Positions 59,799 through 64,000 of a stretch of DNA of 64,000 nt are shown here, one piece after another. Positions within the stretch are counted from its first letter, which is position 1. Each line of letters opens with the position of its first letter. The notes beneath the pieces were generated by a model. It saw only the letters and a program-made list of their open reading frames with translations. It searched no databases and was not told the DNA's origin. Source of the stretch: an uncultured Candidatus Saccharibacteria bacterium (GTDB lineage Bacteria; Patescibacteriota; Saccharimonadia; Saccharimonadales; UBA4665); NCBI GenBank assembly GCA_964483005.1, contig CAYZZH010000001.1:23370-87369 (forward strand), written 5' to 3'. Position numbers and translations under genes: made by a program.

Positions 59799-60617
59799 AT
59801 GAGTGAGGTGTATGAAGCGCAGCAGCTGGATTTTGTTAAAAAACTTTGGGAGCACTACGAGCGTATGGGTAGGCATGACCTGCCGTGGCGTCGGCCAGAT
59901 AGGTCTGGCCAGTTTGACCCGTACAAAATACTAGTGAGTGAAGTTATGCTGCAGCAAACGCAAGTGGCACGGGTGGTCCCAAAGTACCAGGCATTTTTAA
60001 CGGCGTTTCCCGATGTACAAACCTTGGCTGCGGCTGACCTGGGCGCTGTGCTGCGGGCATGGCAGGGGCTGGGCTATAACCGGCGGGCGAAGTTTTTGTG
60101 GCAGGCGGCGACGGTAATTGCTCGTGAGGGTTCGTTCCCAAACACGCTCGAAAGTTTGGTTGCTTTGCCGGGAGTTGGTGTTAACACGGCTGGCGCGGTT
60201 TTGGTCTACGCGTACAACCTGCCGAGTGTTTTTGTCGAAACAAACATACGGACAGCCTACATACACCATTTTGCCCGGGATGAGCAAAATGTCTCTGATA
60301 GGTTTATCCGGAAATGTTTGCAAGCTACGCTAGACCGCGAGCGACCGCGGGAATTTTACTGGGCGCTTATGGATTATGGTGCGTACCTAAAAACAACGGT
60401 GCGTAACCTGTCGCAGAGTCGACATTACACCAAGCAGTCGGCTTTTACTGGTTCGAAACGGCAAATAAGAGGGGCAGTGCTGCGCGCGCTGGCTGGGTCT
60501 GCTCAAACTCGAGCGCAGTTACAGCAGGTTGTTGCAGACGAACGGCTTGAGCTTGTTTTGGCAGAGCTGTGTGCTGAGGGGTTGATACGCTGGGATGGGA
60601 GCGTGTATTTTTTGTGA
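59799..60617 (+). CDS. HhH-GPD DNA glycosylase of the MutY/EndoIII lineage, without an Fe-S cluster loop or the MutY C-terminal domain
   Basis: 272 aa. ILVSEVMLQQTQVARVVPKYQAF..., WQGLGYNRRAKFL, LPGVGVNTAGAVLVYAY, VETNIRT. Only one Cys after the HhH region. Confidence 0.7.
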   Translation: MSEVYEAQQLDFVKKLWEHYERMGRHDLPWRRPDRSGQFDPYKILVSEVMLQQTQVARVVPKYQAFLTAFPDVQTLAAADLGAVLRAWQGLGYNRRAKFLWQAATVIAREGSFPNTLESLVALPGVGVNTAGAVLVYAYNLPSVFVETNIRTAYIHHFARDEQNVSDRFIRKCLQATLDRERPREFYWALMDYGAYLKTTVRNLSQSRHYTKQSAFTGSKRQIRGAVLRALAGSAQTRAQLQQVVADERLELVLAELCAEGLIRWDGSVYFL

Positions 60618-61269
60618 GTGAATGCTTTTGAGATGTGGGGTCTGACCCACAGGATGACAGGGACTTTTGCTAAAACTGCAATAAACTTCTTTATGGTCCG
60701 CCGATGACAGATCTTTTGCTAGAAAATGCGGGCTTTCGCGCCCGCTCGGCGACAAGGACCTTTTGCTGCCAAAAGGTCCTTGACCTAAAACCAGGCCAAA
60801 GGCTCCACCTCTCGGTCAGCAGTTGTCAGTTCGACAACCGACGCGAGAACTCCTCAGGGCAGGTATTGCCACCGGCAATACCTGCCCTCGTCAAACAACT
60901 CGCGCCGCCTCTCGGAAGTTGTCGAGCCTAACAACAGCTGAGCCGGGAGCTTACGCATGGCCCACACTAGCTGTTCCTTCTTCGCTGAAGCTACGAAGGA
61001 CAGGTCCTCTCGCGGCCTACGGCCGCGGTTTAGAGCATTGGGATTTAAGATATTTGGATTTGTTTAGTATTTAGACATTAGTGCTTAGGATTTGTTTACG
61101 TATCTTTCCGTAGTTTCCGCTTCTCAGCAGTCTGTGATCAGATTGCTGAGAGGAGTGAAACGTAGGAGGGGTGTTTAGAAATTCGGATTTCGGATTTGTA
61201 TAGAATTGGGTGTTTTTTAGAAAAATGTTTCTAAGGTGCTGCGAAAAGGTGCCTGGCTGGGTGACAAAC
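60618..61269. other. ~650-bp gene-free region densely packed with perfect hairpins and short direct repeats
   Basis: Hairpins:
- 60635-60650.
- 60728-60745.
- 60754-60781 (12 bp).
- 60822-60838.
- 60856-60888 (15 bp).
- 60971-61003.
- 61011-61027.
- 61122-61151.

Direct repeats:
- GACAGnnnCTTTTGCTAnAAA x3.
- CCTCTCGG..GTTGTC x2.
- GGATTTGTTTA x2.
- TTAG every 7 nt x4. Confidence 0.8.
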
Positions 61270-61278
61270 TGCTACAAT
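61270..61278 (+). promoter_or_regulatory. Extended -10 element 6 nt before ATG 61285 (leaderless-type)
   Basis: TGcTACAAT then acaact then ATG. Confidence 0.45.
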
Positions 61279-61284
61279 ACAACT

Positions 61285-61641
61285 ATGGATGAAAAAACTG
61301 CTGTTACTCCCATAACCGATGTTGCCCCACCGCCAAGCGGAACAGCTGCCGGTGGCGTACCGGCAGCGTCACCAGCTACAACAGAGGTGCCAGTTGCGGT
61401 AGCACCAGCCTTGGCCGAAGACGACCCCACCGCAACCGGCAGCGAAGTTGCCTCGGCGGCTAGCGAACCAGTCTCGACTGCTGACCAGCCTGCGCAGCAA
61501 ACAAATACCGATGCTGCCGCGCCCGTACCGGCAAAGCCAAAAACACCATCTTCGTTGCCAACGGTTGCAATAGTGATGGCGGTAGTTGTCTGTCTGGTGT
61601 TGGTCGGGGTTAGTTACTACGCTTTTACGAAAGGAAACTAA
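61285..61641 (+). CDS. Hypothetical Ala/Pro-rich protein with a C-terminal TM anchor
   Basis: Track ORF 61210..61641. ATG 61285 is preferred from the promoter geometry. C-terminal VAIVMAVVVCLVLVGVSYYAF. Confidence 0.4.
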   Translation: MDEKTAVTPITDVAPPPSGTAAGGVPAASPATTEVPVAVAPALAEDDPTATGSEVASAASEPVSTADQPAQQTNTDAAAPVPAKPKTPSSLPTVAIVMAVVVCLVLVGVSYYAFTKGN

Positions 61642-61644
61642 GAC

Positions 61645-62241
61645 GTGGCCGTGCTGTTTCATCGCCTAGACGACGACCGGCTTATTGCCATGCTAAAACA
61701 GGGAGCGGTTGGTGTTTTGCCGACCGACACGGTCTATGGCCTGGTGTGTTTGGCGGCAAACCAGTCGAGTGTAGAGCGCCTGTTTGGCGACATTAAACCG
61801 CGAGAGCACAAACCCGGGACGGTAGTAGGGGCAACGCTGGAGCAGTTTGTGCAGCTGGGGGTCAAAAAGCGGTATCTGACAGCGGTTGAGCAGTTTTGGC
61901 CAGGTCCGGTGAGTGTAGAAGTGCCTCATGGCGTCGCATATTTGCATCGAGGGACAGGCAGACAAGCATTTCGTGTTCCAGACAACGAGCCGCTGCGAAC
62001 GCTTTTGGCCAGTGTGGGCGCGCTGCAGACGACCAGTGCCAATGCACCGGATCAACCGACCGCTGGCACTATAGAGCAAGCCCAGCGTTATTTTGGTGAC
62101 AAAGTAGATTTTTATGTCGATGGCGGCGACCGGAGCAACCAGCCAGTCTCGACTGTCATACGGGTAATCGACGACGCCATAGAGGTGGTACGCCAAGGCG
62201 CAGCTCACGTTGATGCCGCAGGGAGAGTGCTTCGTGGCTAA
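61645..62241 (+). CDS. tsaC: L-threonylcarbamoyladenylate synthase (YrdC/TsaC family)
   Basis: 198 aa. GAVGVLPTDTVYGLVC, ...LQTTSANAPDQP, VSTVIRV. Confidence 0.8.
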   Translation: MAVLFHRLDDDRLIAMLKQGAVGVLPTDTVYGLVCLAANQSSVERLFGDIKPREHKPGTVVGATLEQFVQLGVKKRYLTAVEQFWPGPVSVEVPHGVAYLHRGTGRQAFRVPDNEPLRTLLASVGALQTTSANAPDQPTAGTIEQAQRYFGDKVDFYVDGGDRSNQPVSTVIRVIDDAIEVVRQGAAHVDAAGRVLRG

Positions 62242-62695
62242 TGTGTACGACACAGCACGACCCTACGCGGCCGCCTATGTGCTGCTGGAGCGGGCGGGCA
62301 AAGTTTTGTTTGTCTTGCGCGAAAACACGCGTTGGATGAATGGGTACTATGGTTTGCCGTCGGGCAAGGTAGAGCGAGGTGAGGGCTTTTTGGCTGCGGC
62401 CGTACGAGAAGCAAAAGAAGAAGTAGGGGTAGTGATTGTCCCGGCAGATCTCGAGCATGTCATATCATTTTGGCGGCATGAAGCAGACGACCCACCAGAT
62501 ATGGAATGGTGCGACGTGGTTTTTCGCGCAAAAGCTTGGCAGGGCGAACCGTACAATGCTGAGCCAGACATGCATAGTGAAGCCGCCTGGTTTGCGCTCG
62601 ACGCACTGCCGCAAAACACCATCCCCCAGACACGCGACATGATACAAGCTATCGTAGCAGGCAAAAACTACGGTGAACGGGGCCAGAAATGTTGA
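62210..62695 (+). CDS. NUDIX hydrolase
   Basis: 161 aa (alternative GTG start at 62243). Nudix box GKVERGEGFLAAAVREAKEEVGV. Confidence 0.75.
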   Translation: MMPQGECFVANVYDTARPYAAAYVLLERAGKVLFVLRENTRWMNGYYGLPSGKVERGEGFLAAAVREAKEEVGVVIVPADLEHVISFWRHEADDPPDMEWCDVVFRAKAWQGEPYNAEPDMHSEAAWFALDALPQNTIPQTRDMIQAIVAGKNYGERGQKC

Positions 62696-62727
62696 AAAAT
62701 GTTGTAAATCTTGTAAAATAAGCTCAT

Positions 62728-64000
62728 ATGGAAAGTGCGCCGAGCTCCCACCACGAAGACGATGACGACGACAAAAAAGATCGTCGGGCAAGCGCTCGAC
62801 GAGTCGAAGTTGGGCGCATAGCGGCCTCGGCCGAGCCAAAACCCGAAAAACGTGAAGAGACACGGGTAGTCAACCCACCGCGAATTATCGAAAGCCTAGT
62901 CGGTAAGCCAGTGCTAGGTTCAGACGAGACAGCTCCTGCCGCGGGAAACGCTGTGCCAATCGAGACTTCGCCCGCCGAGGGGGAATCGCAGGCGCAGCAG
63001 TTGGTAAGGAGTGGGGAGGTTAACCTGAGTGGTGTTACGCCGGAGCAAGACGGGGTAATCCTTGACCAAGCCCTCAAGATTGCTGCCGAGCAAGACGCGG
63101 CTGCCGCCGCTCTGACCGAAAGTGAATGCCCCGCAGACACAGCCCCAGAAGCGGCCGTAGCCGACCCCGCAAATACCCCAACAGGTAGCGCAGAGCACGA
63201 GCCCGAAACAGCCGAAGACGACGAAACAACAACCCATACCGCCGACACTCCATCAGCAGCGGCCGGTCATTCTGCAAGAGCGACAGGATCGCCAGCGGCT
63301 ACGGCTGGTGCCCAGGGCGCAGGCGGAGGGAGCGGAGGCGGCAGACGACCACCCACGCCGCCTCTGCCGTCTGGTACGCCAAACCCATCTGGTCCACCGG
63401 TGCCGCCACTTGGTCCAAGGCGTTACCGCCAGGCTGGGTCTATGCCGAGAGTACACGGCTATGGGTCGGCGCCGACGCCTGCTGCTCCTGCTGCTGGGGG
63501 AAATCGTTTTTCGACGGCGGCAAACGTGTTGACTGCCGGCGCAAACCTGGCGAGCACGCTTGGTGACTCAGAACGAGCCTATGCCCGCGGTCGTCGACGC
63601 GGACTAGTGACGGGCCTGATACTCGGCGGGGGGATTGAACACATACGCCATAAGCGCCGCGAAAAAAAGATGGAAAAAGGTTTTAAAGCAGAGCGCAAAG
63701 CCCAAGCCAAAAATCGCGAAACCGTCCAGAGTGAGCACATACGCGAGACCGCAGCGGCAAAAGCACGATCGACCACGGCCGAACGGCTGCATGCGGCAAA
63801 CCATCGTACATTTGAAGCACAGGTGGCTGCCAGCCGTCGTGCTCAGACAGAGTTGCAGGCCAAACATACGCAGCTAGAAACCGAGCTTACCGCCCAAAAA
63901 CAGCGAGAAAAGCAAGAAACACAGCGGGTGTTAAGCAAGGCCGAACAGATCGAGCAAGAGCGGCAGCGAGAGCAGCTAGAGGTAGCCGCCGGGCACCATA
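62728..64000 (+). CDS. Hypothetical protein, partial (runs off the right edge): acidic/Pro-rich N-terminus, one TM-like segment, then a Gln/Glu/Arg-rich coiled-coil
   Basis: Not in the track because there is no stop. ATG 62728 directly follows an in-frame TAA and stays open to 64000: MESAPSSHHEDDDDDKKDRRASARR...GLVTGLILGGGIEH...QAKHTQLETELTAQKQREKQETQRVLSKAEQIEQERQREQLE. Confidence 0.5.
   Translation, partial: MESAPSSHHEDDDDDKKDRRASARRVEVGRIAASAEPKPEKREETRVVNPPRIIESLVGKPVLGSDETAPAAGNAVPIETSPAEGESQAQQLVRSGEVNLSGVTPEQDGVILDQALKIAAEQDAAAAALTESECPADTAPEAAVADPANTPTGSAEHEPETAEDDETTTHTADTPSAAAGHSARATGSPAATAGAQGAGGGSGGGRRPPTPPLPSGTPNPSGPPVPPLGPRRYRQAGSMPRVHGYGSAPTPAAPAAGGNRFSTAANVLTAGANLASTLGDSERAYARGRRRGLVTGLILGGGIEHIRHKRREKKMEKGFKAERKAQAKNRETVQSEHIRETAAAKARSTTAERLHAANHRTFEAQVAASRRAQTELQAKHTQLETELTAQKQREKQETQRVLSKAEQIEQERQREQLEVAAGHH

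Noticed and set aside
60635-60860. tmRNA (ssrA): GGGGTCTGA...GGATGACAGGGA loosely resembles the tmRNA 5' end GGGGnTGA...GGnTTCGACnGGG
   Set aside because: No matching 3' acceptor strand directly follows a T-arm. The GTTCGA at ~60829 is not in a 7-nt T-loop context. No plausible tag ORF ending in Ala-Ala is present. The span would also be far too short.
60808-60940. Integron attC-like sites (GCCTAAC / GTTGTC motifs)
   Set aside because: There is no intI gene and no cassette ORFs. The GTTRRRY core is not satisfied, so the resemblance is probably chance.
1-64000. tRNA, rRNA, RNase P RNA, SRP RNA genes
   Set aside because: I scanned all intergenic regions by eye for T-loop (GGTTCGAnTCC), GAGGAAAGTCC and SRP GGAA/AGCA motifs and found none. 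This is not a substitute for tRNAscan-SE or Infernal.

Overview
This 64-kb chromosomal window starts at the replication-origin gene set: recF<dnaN<dnaA on the minus strand, facing rpmH>rnpA>yidC>jag on the plus strand. DnaA-box clusters lie on both sides of dnaA. About half the window (roughly 6-40 kb) is cell-envelope glycan machinery:
- GDP-mannose and GDP-6-deoxyhexose precursor genes (PMM-like, ManC-like, gmd, an Rmd-like SDR).
- Seven GT4 or GT2 glycosyltransferase genes.
- A Wzm/Wzt ABC exporter next to a coiled-coil FkbM methyltransferase and a double-GT4 enzyme.
- A GT2 + GtrA + polytopic-membrane-protein set.
- A polyprenyl-phosphate sugar phosphotransferase, an O-antigen-ligase-like protein and glmS.

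The core of this region (about 14.5-29 kb) is visibly AT-richer than its flanks. It begins at an internally deleted IS256-family remnant.

The right third carries housekeeping and regulatory genes:
- PadR, and a LexA-DNA-binding-domain-only protein.
- nadD, a DsbA-like gene, a CorC-like gene and aspS.
- An argG gene fused to an MGS-like domain.
- vapBC, an HhH-GPD glycosylase, tsaC and a Nudix gene.

I found no rRNA, tRNA or CRISPR array.

The most unusual content is non-coding:
- A MITE-like palindromic element family with 9-bp target duplications. One copy is caught inside a repeat whose paralogue is uninterrupted.
- A roughly 95-nt structured intergenic repeat present three times, each copy pointing at a downstream gene.
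- A 38-42-bp perfect palindrome present three times, two copies bracketing a PaaX/Cas2-fold gene.
- Two palindromes of about 170 bp.
- A (CTCCAAA)x4 tract inside a regulator gene.
- A roughly 650-bp gene-free stretch packed with perfect hairpins and short direct repeats.

Many genes appear leaderless, with a TGnTAnAnT box ending 6-8 nt before the start codon. The overall gene content suggests a small-genome, possibly CPR/Saccharibacteria-like bacterium, but that is inference only. All coordinates of small elements were hand-indexed from the printed sequence. No searches were run.
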